NCBI GenBank assembly: GCA_947631745.1
Contig: CANRMM010000002.1
Coordinates: 3,364 to 67,363 of the forward strand
Length of the DNA: 64,000 nt
DNA from: an uncultured Clostridia bacterium
GTDB taxonomy: Bacteria; Bacillota; Clostridia; TANB77; CAG-508
Reading direction: 5' to 3'
Below the pieces are notes generated by a model. The model did no database searches. It saw only the letters and a list, made by a program, of their open reading frames with translations, and had not been told where the DNA came from. Below are positions 36,540 to 45,193 of the stretch, piece after piece. The position numbers and the translations under genes are program-made. Position 1 is the first letter of the stretch. Every line of letters starts with the position of its first letter.

Positions 36540-36564
36540 TGTGGTTGAATATGGTAAATATATT

Positions 36565-37425
36565 TTATATTGGATTTACATGTATGATTGTCTTATGGAT
36601 ATTTTCTAAATTTGTAATATCCTGTTCTAAGCTATCGGCTAACTTATGACTATCAAATGTAGTCATATTGCCATCTACATAGATTGTTAATACAATTAAG
36701 TATTGATATCCTACAGGGGTAGACGAAACCTGATCTACTTTTTGAATTTCAGGGTATTTTTTTATAATTTTCATAATAATATCTAATGTTTTTGAGTCAA
36801 TAGCAATATCCATTAAGACATTATAACTTTCCATAAAAATTTTTAAACCTGTTAAACAAATCCAAATAGAAATGCCAATTCCTACAATTCCGTCAAAATA
36901 GTAAATACCAAATAAACTTAGAATAATTGAAATTAGCGTAAATGTAGTTACAATACAGTCATTTCTATGATCTTTTTTATTAGCTTCTAATAAGATGTTG
37001 TGATATTTTTTTGATAGATGATTTGTATAGATAAATAGTGATAATTTTACAATAATTGTTATAATACATACAAATATTAAAAACCATGAAAAAGTTAATT
37101 GATGATATGTTATTAAAGAAGTTAGTGAGTCAAAAAATAGTTTAAATGAAACTAGAATCATTGCAATGCTTATAAAAAGTGAAAATAAATATTCTGCTTT
37201 CCCATGTCCAAAGTTATGAGACTCATCATCAGGCTCACTTGCGATTTTATTTCCAATGAAAGTCATTAATGATGCAAATATATCACTAGCACTGTTAGCT
37301 GCATCTGCAATCATTGCTTGACTGCTACTCATAAATCCAACGGTAGCTTTAATAGCTAGTAAAAATATATTGCCGAGGATACCTAATATCCCAGCTTTTT
37401 TTGTAACTTCAAATCGATGATCCAT
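36565..37425 (-). CDS. cation diffusion facilitator family transporter
   Basis: ILGILGNIFLLAIKATVGFMSSSQAMIADAANSASD...HGKAEY...; 6 TM plus cytoplasmic domain; start set to MDHRF behind AGGAG. Confidence 0.85.
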   Translation of the reverse strand: MDHRFEVTKKAGILGILGNIFLLAIKATVGFMSSSQAMIADAANSASDIFASLMTFIGNKIASEPDDESHNFGHGKAEYLFSLFISIAMILVSFKLFFDSLTSLITYHQLTFSWFLIFVCIITIIVKLSLFIYTNHLSKKYHNILLEANKKDHRNDCIVTTFTLISIILSLFGIYYFDGIVGIGISIWICLTGLKIFMESYNVLMDIAIDSKTLDIIMKIIKKYPEIQKVDQVSSTPVGYQYLIVLTIYVDGNMTTFDSHKLADSLEQDITNLENIHKTIIHVNPI

Positions 37426-37565
37426 ATTGAAAGTACTCCTATACAAAAATTGAGATTTATTATATCATATATATGAAATAAGGCAAGTAAAAATGAGTTT
37501 TTTATTGCACATCTTTTTTGATAATGCTATAATAAAAAAGAGGTAATATAAAGAAAGGTATTGAA

Positions 37566-37907
37566 ATGGGATTAATAGCCGTAATATATATATTGATTTT
37601 GATTGTGTTTGGATTAATTGTTTTTTCGGTTTTGCAAATTCGAATGGCTGGCATTAAAGTAAAAGATTTTTGGGGTTTTATTCAAGCTAATCAATTGTTA
37701 GATAAATTGTATACTTTTTCTAAAACATGTTCTCTTATGAGTCCACAAGAACAAATTCTTTTTTTGAGTGAAGCAGAAAAAGTGTTTGAAGCTTTTGATA
37801 AAATACCACCAATTGTTTGGGAAGAGGAATATAGAAAATATAATGAGGTTTTGGAAACTTATAAAAATATTCGAGTAGAAAGATGGCAAAAAAATTCTAT
37901 AAAGTAA
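37566..37907 (+). CDS. hypothetical membrane-anchored protein
   Basis: N-terminal TM, no recognisable family. Confidence 0.4.
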   Translation: MGLIAVIYILILIVFGLIVFSVLQIRMAGIKVKDFWGFIQANQLLDKLYTFSKTCSLMSPQEQILFLSEAEKVFEAFDKIPPIVWEEEYRKYNEVLETYKNIRVERWQKNSIK

Positions 37908-37993
37908 TAAATATAAAAAACATTGCATATAATAAAATATGCAATATTTTTTTTGGCGAATTTTGGTCTTATCAAAAATGGAAAGAGGTAAAT

Positions 37994-39133
37994 ATGAAAA
38001 TTCGATATTTTGATTATGCTGCAACAACGCCTGTAAAAGATGAAGTTATGAAAGAAATGATACCATACTTTGGAAAATGCTATGGAAATGCATCAGCTAT
38101 GTATAGTATTGGAAGAGAAGCAAAACGTGCGATAGAGAGGGCAAGATGTAGAGTAGCTGAAGCAATTGGTGCTAGCCCTCATGAAATTTATTTTACATCT
38201 TGTGGTAGTGAAAGTGATAATTTGGCAATTAAAGGAGTGGCATACGCTAACAGGGAAAAAGGAAATCATATAATTACAACTAAAATAGAACATCATGCTG
38301 TATTAAATAGTTGTAAAACGTTAGAAAAACAAGGATTTGACGTGACATATTTAGGAGTTAAACCTAATGGAATTATAGATTTAGGAGAACTTATTAATAG
38401 TATTAGAAAAGATACAATTTTAATTACGATTATGACTGCTAATAATGAAATTGGAACGATACAACCGATTGAACAAATTGGAGAAATAGCGAAAAAATAT
38501 AATGTTTTATTTCACACAGATGCTGTGCAGGCTATTGGTAATATAAAGATTGATGTGCGACAATCTAATATTGACTTACTATCTATGTCTGGACATAAAT
38601 TTTATGCTCCTAAGGGAATAGGAACATTGTATGTTAGAGAAGGAATTGCTTTTGAGAAGTTACAAGATGGAGGACATCAAGAACGTGATAAAAGGGCTGG
38701 TACAGAGAATGTATCTCAAATTGTTGGATTGGGAAAGGCAATTGAACTAGCTTATAAGAATTTTGATGAGTATAATAAAAAATTATTAAATTTTAGGAAT
38801 TTTTATTTATCGGAAATTGAAAAGAGAATTCCAGATGCAATATTGAATGGTGATAAAGAAAAAAGATTACCTGGAAATAGTAACATTTCCTTTAATGGGG
38901 TGGATGCTCAAGAATTGTTATTTAAGCTAGATGAAGTGGGAATTTGTGCATCAGCAGGGTCAGCTTGCTCAACAGGAGATACACTACCATCTCATGTATT
39001 AACTGCGGTAGGATTAAATAAAGATTTAGCAGGTAGTACCTTAAGAGTTACTTTTGGAGAAGATAATACGATGGAGGATATAGAATTTTTAATTCAAAAG
39101 TTAGAAGAATTAACATATAAGTTAAAAAAGTAA
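37994..39133 (+). CDS. nifS: cysteine desulfurase (NifS/IscS class V aminotransferase)
   Basis: YFDYAATTPV...SGHKFYAPKG (PLP Lys)...ASAGSACSTG (active-site Cys loop). Confidence 0.9.
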   Translation: MKIRYFDYAATTPVKDEVMKEMIPYFGKCYGNASAMYSIGREAKRAIERARCRVAEAIGASPHEIYFTSCGSESDNLAIKGVAYANREKGNHIITTKIEHHAVLNSCKTLEKQGFDVTYLGVKPNGIIDLGELINSIRKDTILITIMTANNEIGTIQPIEQIGEIAKKYNVLFHTDAVQAIGNIKIDVRQSNIDLLSMSGHKFYAPKGIGTLYVREGIAFEKLQDGGHQERDKRAGTENVSQIVGLGKAIELAYKNFDEYNKKLLNFRNFYLSEIEKRIPDAILNGDKEKRLPGNSNISFNGVDAQELLFKLDEVGICASAGSACSTGDTLPSHVLTAVGLNKDLAGSTLRVTFGEDNTMEDIEFLIQKLEELTYKLKK

Positions 39134-39152
39134 AATTTATAAAAAGATAATA

Positions 39153-39184
39153 AAAAATACTAGCAAGAATGCTAGTATTTTTGT
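39153..39184. terminator. bidirectional terminator
   Basis: AAAATACTAGC aagaat GCTAGTATTTT. Confidence 0.75.
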
Positions 39185-39224
39185 ATAATATATTTACCTA
39201 TAGGTTAATATTAAAATAAAATAG

Positions 39225-39437
39225 TTATGATTTTTTATCTGGTATGTATTCTAATAAATCAGAAATTTCACAATTAAATGCTTGGCAAATTCTATCTAAT
39301 TGTGATACATCAAATCGTTTACATTCTTCATAATACATTTTAGAAATGGTAGCTGGTCTTATACGCGTTGCCTCAGATAAAGCTTTTTGAGTCATTTTAT
39401 TTTTACCTAGTAAATCAGATAGTTTTATTTTAATCAT
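39225..39437 (-). CDS. XRE-family helix-turn-helix transcriptional regulator
   Basis: MIKIKLSDLLGKNKMTQKALSEATRIRPATISKMY... HTH_3 pattern; SD GGAAGG. Confidence 0.75.
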   Translation of the reverse strand: MIKIKLSDLLGKNKMTQKALSEATRIRPATISKMYYEECKRFDVSQLDRICQAFNCEISDLLEYIPDKKS

Positions 39438-39599
39438 TCTTTTCAACCTTCCTCTATCTAAGTTTTGATGTAAGTCGAAATATGTCATATTTTGTCTAAT
39501 GCTTGTATTTTAACATGGTGTGTATTAAAATTACATATTGGAAAGTAAATATAACGATAGGAGTAAGAAAAAGTCTATTAAACGTAAAGGAAAGAAAAT

Positions 39600-39857
39600 A
39601 TGAAAATAAAAAAGATGAATTTAAAAAAAGAAGAAAATAAGTATTATCAAAATGATAGAAAATGGAAAGAAGAAAATAAGAAATATTTAATAGAATTGCA
39701 AATGTTTTTTGATAAAGTAGAAGAGATTAAGGATGTAAATTTAAGACAGAGAGTTATTAATCAAATGTTACAATGTGATAAAGTTCTTACAGAGATTGCT
39801 GAAGAAAAATTTTTTTACTGTTATGAAGAAGGATATCAAAAAGCAAAGGATGAATAA
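39600..39857 (+). CDS. hypothetical protein
   Basis: ORF divergent from the XRE gene; no family recognised. Confidence 0.3.
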   Translation: MKIKKMNLKKEENKYYQNDRKWKEENKKYLIELQMFFDKVEEIKDVNLRQRVINQMLQCDKVLTEIAEEKFFYCYEEGYQKAKDE

Positions 39858-39908
39858 TTGCTGGAAATTGGTTTATACTAATAAAAAAATATTAGTGGTG
39901 TGTATAAA

Positions 39909-40253
39909 ATGAAAATTGCTTTAATTGGTATTATAGTGGGAATTGTTAGTGGGATGTTTGCATCTGGAGGAGGACTTATCCTTGTTCCAATATATACTTA
40001 TTTTATGAAATTAGAGGAAAAACAAGCAAGAGCAACATCTTTATTTTGCATTTTGCCGATGGTTATTGTTACTGCAATTTTATATGGGACAAGTAATTTT
40101 ATTAATTGGCAAATTGGAATTAAATGTGCTATAGGAGGAGTGATTGGAGGAATTATAGGTAGTAAATTACTGAATATAATACCTATTAAGTATTTGCAAC
40201 TTTTTTTTATACTATTTTTATTTTATGCAGGTATTAGCATTTTATTAAAGTAG
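39909..40253 (+). CDS. TauE/SafE-family anion exporter, half-size subunit 1
   Basis: IGIIVGIVSGMFASGGGLILVPI typical TauE repeat; only about 115 aa. Confidence 0.7.
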   Translation: MKIALIGIIVGIVSGMFASGGGLILVPIYTYFMKLEEKQARATSLFCILPMVIVTAILYGTSNFINWQIGIKCAIGGVIGGIIGSKLLNIIPIKYLQLFFILFLFYAGISILLK

Positions 40254-40267
40254 GCGAAAGGAATAGT

Positions 40268-40657
40268 ATGGAGATTATTATTGGTATTATTGCTGGTATT
40301 ATAGGAGGTTTAGGTATGGGAGGAGGTACTATATTAATTCTTCTCCTATCCTTATTTTTAGATGTAGAACAACATATTGCGCAAGCAACAAATGTTATTT
40401 TTTTTATTCCAACAGCTATTTCAGCTATTATTGTAAGTATAAAAAATAAAAATATTGATATGAAATTAGGTTTACCAATTATTGTGTGGGGATGTATAGG
40501 AGCTTTTATAGGAGCCAAAATATCAACTAAAATGAATGTACCACTTTTAAGGAAATTTTTTGGAGTATTTTTAATATTTATAGCTTTCTATCAATCATAT
40601 GAGTATATAAAAGAAAAAAGGAGACATACTAATGAAAAAAAAGAAAAAGGAGGATGA
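40268..40657 (+). CDS. TauE/SafE-family anion exporter, half-size subunit 2
   Basis: IIAGIIGGLGMGGGTILILLLSL second TauE repeat encoded as a separate ORF. Confidence 0.7.
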   Translation: MEIIIGIIAGIIGGLGMGGGTILILLLSLFLDVEQHIAQATNVIFFIPTAISAIIVSIKNKNIDMKLGLPIIVWGCIGAFIGAKISTKMNVPLLRKFFGVFLIFIAFYQSYEYIKEKRRHTNEKKEKGG

Positions 40658-40659
40658 AT

Positions 40660-40806
40660 ATGAACATGAAATTTGTAAAGGGAATGATTATAGGAGGATT
40701 AATTTCAGCAGGAGTTGCCATGATGTGTACAGAAACTATGCAACCAAGTAAAAAGAAAATGATTAGAATGGGTAAACAATTTGCAAGAAAAATGGGAATT
40801 ATGTAA
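40660..40806 (+). CDS. 48-aa small membrane protein (not in ORF track)
   Basis: MNMKFVKGMIIGGLISAGVAMMCTETMQPSKKKMIRMGKQFARKMGIM*; SD GGAGGA; start abuts the upstream stop. Confidence 0.4.
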   Translation: MNMKFVKGMIIGGLISAGVAMMCTETMQPSKKKMIRMGKQFARKMGIM

Positions 40807-40835
40807 AAAAGTCTTGTAGTTTGTTTATATAAAAA

Positions 40836-40875
40836 GACCGGTTGTGAATTAGATACTCACACCCGGCTTTTTTGT
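40836..40875. terminator. bidirectional terminator
   Basis: ACCGGTTGTGA ... TCACACCCGGC stem (1 mismatch) followed by TTTTTT. Confidence 0.7.
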
Positions 40876-40879
40876 TATA

Positions 40880-41308
40880 CTAACATGAGCAATCTGGTTT
40901 TTCAGGTTTATTTGGTTTACAATCGTTATCAGGACAGTCTATTTTTACACCTTTTAGACATTTTCCTTCATGTTCGCATTTTGTACATACCTTGCAATGT
41001 TTTACTTCATTTACCCAAATTTCAATCTCATAGAACTTATTTGCACACAAAGGTCCAAATACAAATTCTCCGTTTTTATCAGTAAAAGTATGAGAAACTG
41101 GTCTTCTTTCTTCTTTGCCACAATCTTTTACAACCTCTACTAATTTTACTACTGCATCACAAATAGGATCTTTATAACAATCTTTTACAATTCCATATAT
41201 AACAGAACGATTGTCTTCAGGAAGAGTAATTTCTAGATCAAATTGTGAGCCAGTAGCCAAAACACCATCTACATTTAAAACAGGGCATATATTTTTTTCA
41301 TATTCCAT
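40880..41308 (-). CDS. Cys-rich protein with carboxypeptidase-regulatory-like beta-sandwich (possible spore coat/surface protein)
   Basis: IYGIVKDCYKDPICDAVVKLVEV...FTDKNGEFVFGPL...YEIEIW pattern; C-terminal CKVCTKCEHEGKCLKGVKIDCPDNDCKPNKPEKPDCSC. Confidence 0.45.
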   Translation of the reverse strand: MEYEKNICPVLNVDGVLATGSQFDLEITLPEDNRSVIYGIVKDCYKDPICDAVVKLVEVVKDCGKEERRPVSHTFTDKNGEFVFGPLCANKFYEIEIWVNEVKHCKVCTKCEHEGKCLKGVKIDCPDNDCKPNKPEKPDCSC

Positions 41309-41457
41309 AATTTTATTTCTTCCTTTCTTAAGCAAACTGCTTAATATATAATATGAAACATATGAAAAAAAGTGATTTTTTTGTGGAAAAATGTATTATT
41401 ATGTTGTATAATAATGCTGTTGAGAAATTTTTTAGTGAATATAAGAAGGAGTTAGAA

Positions 41458-42567
41458 ATGAAAAATTATTATTTTACATCAGAAAGTGTAACTGAAGGAC
41501 ATCCAGATAAATTATGTGATTTCATATCAGATAGTATTTTAGATGCTTACTTAATGCAAGATGAAAATTCAAGAGTGGCAGTAGAAACTTTTGCTTCTAA
41601 GGACAAAATTACTATTGCAGGGCAGGTAACTTCAAAAGGTGAAGTGAATATTGAAAAAATCGTAAGAGAAAAGATAAAAGAAATTGGATATGATAATAGC
41701 TTATTAGACATGGATTACAGGACTTGTAAAATAGATATTAATATTACAAAGCAAAGTCCAGATATTGCCATGGGAGTTGATATAGGTGGTGCAGGAGATC
41801 AAGGTATTATGTTTGGATATGCATGTGATGAAACTCCAAATTATATGCCATATGCAATTGATTTAGCTCATAAGCTTTCTAAGAGATTGACTCAGGTACG
41901 AAGAGAAAAAATATTGACATATTTAAGACCAGATGGGAAAACACAAGTAACGGTAGAATATGAAAATGATAAGCCAAAGAGAATTGAAACTATTTTAATT
42001 TCAGCACAACATGAAGAAAATGTTAAGCTAGAGCAATTAAAGCAAGATATAAAAAAGCATGTTATTGAAGCAGTTGTGCCAAATGATATGATGGATGAAC
42101 ATACAAAAATTTATATTAACCCAACAGGAAGATTCGTAATAGGTGGACCACTTGGAGATACGGGATTGACTGGAAGAAAGATTATCGTTGATACTTATGG
42201 AGGATATAGTAGGCATGGTGGTGGTGCTTTTTCTGGAAAAGATGCTAGTAAAGTAGATCGCTCAGCCGCATATATGTTAAGGCATATTGCAAAGAATATA
42301 GTAGCAAACCATTTGGCAAAGAAGTGTGAAATTCAAGTGGCTTATGCTATTGGAATGGAAAAGCCATTAGCTGTATATATTAATACTTTTGAAACAGGAG
42401 TAAAATCTAATGAAGATTTAGTAAATTTGATTGAAGAAAAGTTTGACTTGACTCCAAATGGCATTATTAAATATTTACAATTGAAAAAACCAATTTTTGA
42501 GAAAACAACAAACTATGGACATTTTGGAAAGGAAAATTTACCTTGGGAAAAAATTATAGAGTTATAA
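41458..42567 (+). CDS. metK: S-adenosylmethionine synthase
   Basis: [16 protein letters not shown]...[12 protein letters not shown]...GGGAFSGKD. Confidence 0.95.
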   Translation: MKNYYFTSESVTEGHPDKLCDFISDSILDAYLMQDENSRVAVETFASKDKITIAGQVTSKGEVNIEKIVREKIKEIGYDNSLLDMDYRTCKIDINITKQSPDIAMGVDIGGAGDQGIMFGYACDETPNYMPYAIDLAHKLSKRLTQVRREKILTYLRPDGKTQVTVEYENDKPKRIETILISAQHEENVKLEQLKQDIKKHVIEAVVPNDMMDEHTKIYINPTGRFVIGGPLGDTGLTGRKIIVDTYGGYSRHGGGAFSGKDASKVDRSAAYMLRHIAKNIVANHLAKKCEIQVAYAIGMEKPLAVYINTFETGVKSNEDLVNLIEEKFDLTPNGIIKYLQLKKPIFEKTTNYGHFGKENLPWEKIIEL

Positions 42568-42632
42568 AATAAAAGAATAAACCTTCATTTACAAGCATAT
42601 AATCATATTATCTTGTTAATGGAGGTATTTTT

Positions 42633-42827
42633 ATGTTTTTTGTTATCAATAAATCAAAGATTTATTCATATATGATAGCCCTTTCAACTGTAGTTATCTT
42701 ATTTGTAGCTGTTTCCAAAATTGATGATATGGTATCTCCAAATAATACAGTTGTAGAGACTTCTACAAATATAATAGAGCAGGAAAATTTAGTAGGAAAT
42801 TGTATTTTGAATAATATTAGTGAATAA
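42633..42827 (+). CDS. hypothetical small membrane protein
   Basis: Single TM; SD GGAGG. Confidence 0.3.
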   Translation: MFFVINKSKIYSYMIALSTVVILFVAVSKIDDMVSPNNTVVETSTNIIEQENLVGNCILNNISE

Positions 42828-42879
42828 ATTGTGAAAAACTAGGAAGAATATAAATATACATATAAATTAAAGGAGAACA

Positions 42880-43374
42880 ATGATGTCTTTTGCAGGAATT
42901 GTAACAAATCCTAAAAATGAAGGCTATGTTAAGGAGATGTTATCTGATATTTTTCCAGTAGAAAATCTTCAATTTATTTCTGATAAAAATATAAAAAACA
43001 TGCATAATATACAATTTGAAATATTATTAATTGATAAGGAAATAAAACAAAAGGAAAGTATGAAACGTGTTATATCAAATGCAGATTATGTTATTTTAAA
43101 TTCAGATCTAACACTAGAGCAGGATATATTAAATGATTTGAACTTAACGGTTATTACTTATGGATTTCATAATAAAGCTACTATAAGTGTTTCTAGTATA
43201 GAAGAAAATACTATTATTGTTTGTTTGCAAAGGATTATTAAAACAATACAGGGAAATGCAATAGAACCACAAGAAATTGAAATAATAAGACCTAGAAATA
43301 TAGAAATAAACTGTTTACTAGGAACAACAGGAATTGGATTAATATATGAAAAATGTGGATTTGATGCAGATTAA
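42880..43374 (+). CDS. hypothetical protein
   Basis: ORF with SD AAGGAGAA; no family recognised. Confidence 0.35.
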   Translation: MMSFAGIVTNPKNEGYVKEMLSDIFPVENLQFISDKNIKNMHNIQFEILLIDKEIKQKESMKRVISNADYVILNSDLTLEQDILNDLNLTVITYGFHNKATISVSSIEENTIIVCLQRIIKTIQGNAIEPQEIEIIRPRNIEINCLLGTTGIGLIYEKCGFDAD

Positions 43375-43511
43375 AAGACTATAAAATTTACAAAATTTGA
43401 AAAAAATAACATTTTATGTAGACAAAACCAAAAAAAAGTAGTATAATAGAAAATGTGTTAAATAACGAATAAACTAATACTAGGATGAATAAGATTTAAA
43501 ATAAGAAACAA

Positions 43512-44228
43512 ATGGAGGAGGAAATTAAGTTGAATACAAATTATTCAGATAATAACCACATTACATTAGTGGGAAAAGTAACAAGTGAAAAGAGGTTTAG
43601 TCATGAAATATATGGAGAAAAATTTTATATATTTGATTTGAGCATACCTCGTTTGAGCGGAAATGCAGATAACATACCAATTACAATATCAGAGAGATTA
43701 TTAACACAAACAGATTTACCAATTGATAGTAAAGTATCAATACAAGGACAGTTTAGATCATATAACTGCTATCAAGGAGAAAAAAACAGATTAATTCTTA
43801 CAGTTTTTGCTAAAGAAGTTGAATTTTTAGAAAACCAAGAAGAAGAGATACAAGTAGGAAAAGACGTTACAACAAATGAAGTAATATTAGATGGTTATAT
43901 TTGTAAGAAACCAATTTATAGGAAGACACCATTTGGTAGAGAAATAGCAGATTTATTACTAGCTGTTAATCGTTCTTATAATAAATCAGACTATATTCCA
44001 TGTATTGCTTGGGGAAGAAATGCAAAATTCTGTGAAACTGTGCCAGTAGGAGCAGAAATAAGAATTGTAGGTAGAGTACAATCAAGAGAATATGAAAAGA
44101 AATATGAAGATGGAACAGTTGAAAAAAGAGTTGCTTATGAAGTTTCAGTAGCAAGTCTTGAAATTATAGATAAAGAGTCAACTGAAAAAGAGGAAGAAAG
44201 AGTTTCAGAAAATGAGGAAGCTATATAA
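43512..44228 (+). CDS. tandem OB-fold single-stranded-DNA-binding-like protein with acidic tail
   Basis: Two SSB-like modules (ITLVGKVTSEKRF...VSIQGQFRSYN; VILDGYICKKPIYRKTP...IRIVGRVQSREYEKK) and acidic C-terminus; TTG 43530 behind GGAGGAGG is an alternative start. Confidence 0.5.
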   Translation: MEEEIKLNTNYSDNNHITLVGKVTSEKRFSHEIYGEKFYIFDLSIPRLSGNADNIPITISERLLTQTDLPIDSKVSIQGQFRSYNCYQGEKNRLILTVFAKEVEFLENQEEEIQVGKDVTTNEVILDGYICKKPIYRKTPFGREIADLLLAVNRSYNKSDYIPCIAWGRNAKFCETVPVGAEIRIVGRVQSREYEKKYEDGTVEKRVAYEVSVASLEIIDKESTEKEEERVSENEEAI

Positions 44229-44381
44229 TTAAACATATATGCTTGAAACAAAAGATGACGATTTAATATAAAAATTCCGAAATGCCAAAGTGAAAGCTTT
44301 GGTATTTTTTTGCAAAAATAAGTTATCAAAACTTATTTTATTTGGTATAATAAGAGTATTATTAAAAAGTCGAGGAGAATT

Positions 44382-45056
44382 ATGAAGAGAACAAAGTTAA
44401 GTGAAAGAGTATTGCCAAGCTATACAAAAGGAGAAGAAATTTTTAATATGACTTCTCATATTGTAGGGGCTGTTTTAGGAGTTGTAGCTATTGTACTATG
44501 TGTTATTGTAGCAGCAAGTCATGGAAATGTGTATGGAGTTGTTAGTGGTGCTATTTATGGAACTACAATGCTAATTTTATATACGATGTCTAGTATTTAT
44601 CATGGATTAAGTCCTAGATGTACTGGAAAAAAAGTATTACAAATTTTAGATCATTGCACTATTTTTTTATTAATAGCAGGTTCTTATACACCCTTTGCAC
44701 TTTGTACTTTTAGAGAATACAACGTAGCAATTGGTTGGACTTTATTTGGTATTATATGGGGAATGGCCATTCTAGGAATTGTTTTAAATGCTATTGATTT
44801 GAAAAAATATAAAAAATTTTCAATGATTTGTTATCTTCTTATGGGATGGGCAATTGTATTCCGTGTGGATTTATTTCCATTATTACTTGAAAAAGCAGGA
44901 ATTATTCTTTTAGTATTAGGAGGAATTGCCTATACTGTGGGAGCTATTTTTTATGGAGTAGGTAAAAAACATAAATATATGCATTCTATTTTTCATTTAT
45001 TTATATTATTAGGAAGTATCTTGCAGTTTTTCAGTATATTATTATATGTATTATAA
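44382..45056 (+). CDS. hemolysin III / PAQR family membrane protein
   Basis: EEIFNMTSHIVGA...SSIYHGL...LDHCTIFLLIAGSYTPF...HLFILLGS conserved His motifs, 7 TM. Confidence 0.85.
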   Translation: MKRTKLSERVLPSYTKGEEIFNMTSHIVGAVLGVVAIVLCVIVAASHGNVYGVVSGAIYGTTMLILYTMSSIYHGLSPRCTGKKVLQILDHCTIFLLIAGSYTPFALCTFREYNVAIGWTLFGIIWGMAILGIVLNAIDLKKYKKFSMICYLLMGWAIVFRVDLFPLLLEKAGIILLVLGGIAYTVGAIFYGVGKKHKYMHSIFHLFILLGSILQFFSILLYVL

Positions 45057-45193
45057 TAAAAAACAAATACTTTACTATTTTATAAAGTTGATATATAATA
45101 TATGCGAAATGTTTTTCAAACCGTCAGGCTTATACTACTTAATTAAGAGTATACTGATATATTTATTAATATAATAAAACTGAGGAGATAAAC

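Noticed and set aside
41309-41457. SAM (S-box) riboswitch upstream of metK, and S-box or T-box upstream of the PLP enzyme at 45194
   Set aside because: The leaders are short and A+T-rich and lack the conserved S-box core or T-box sequence. Nothing supports a riboswitch call.
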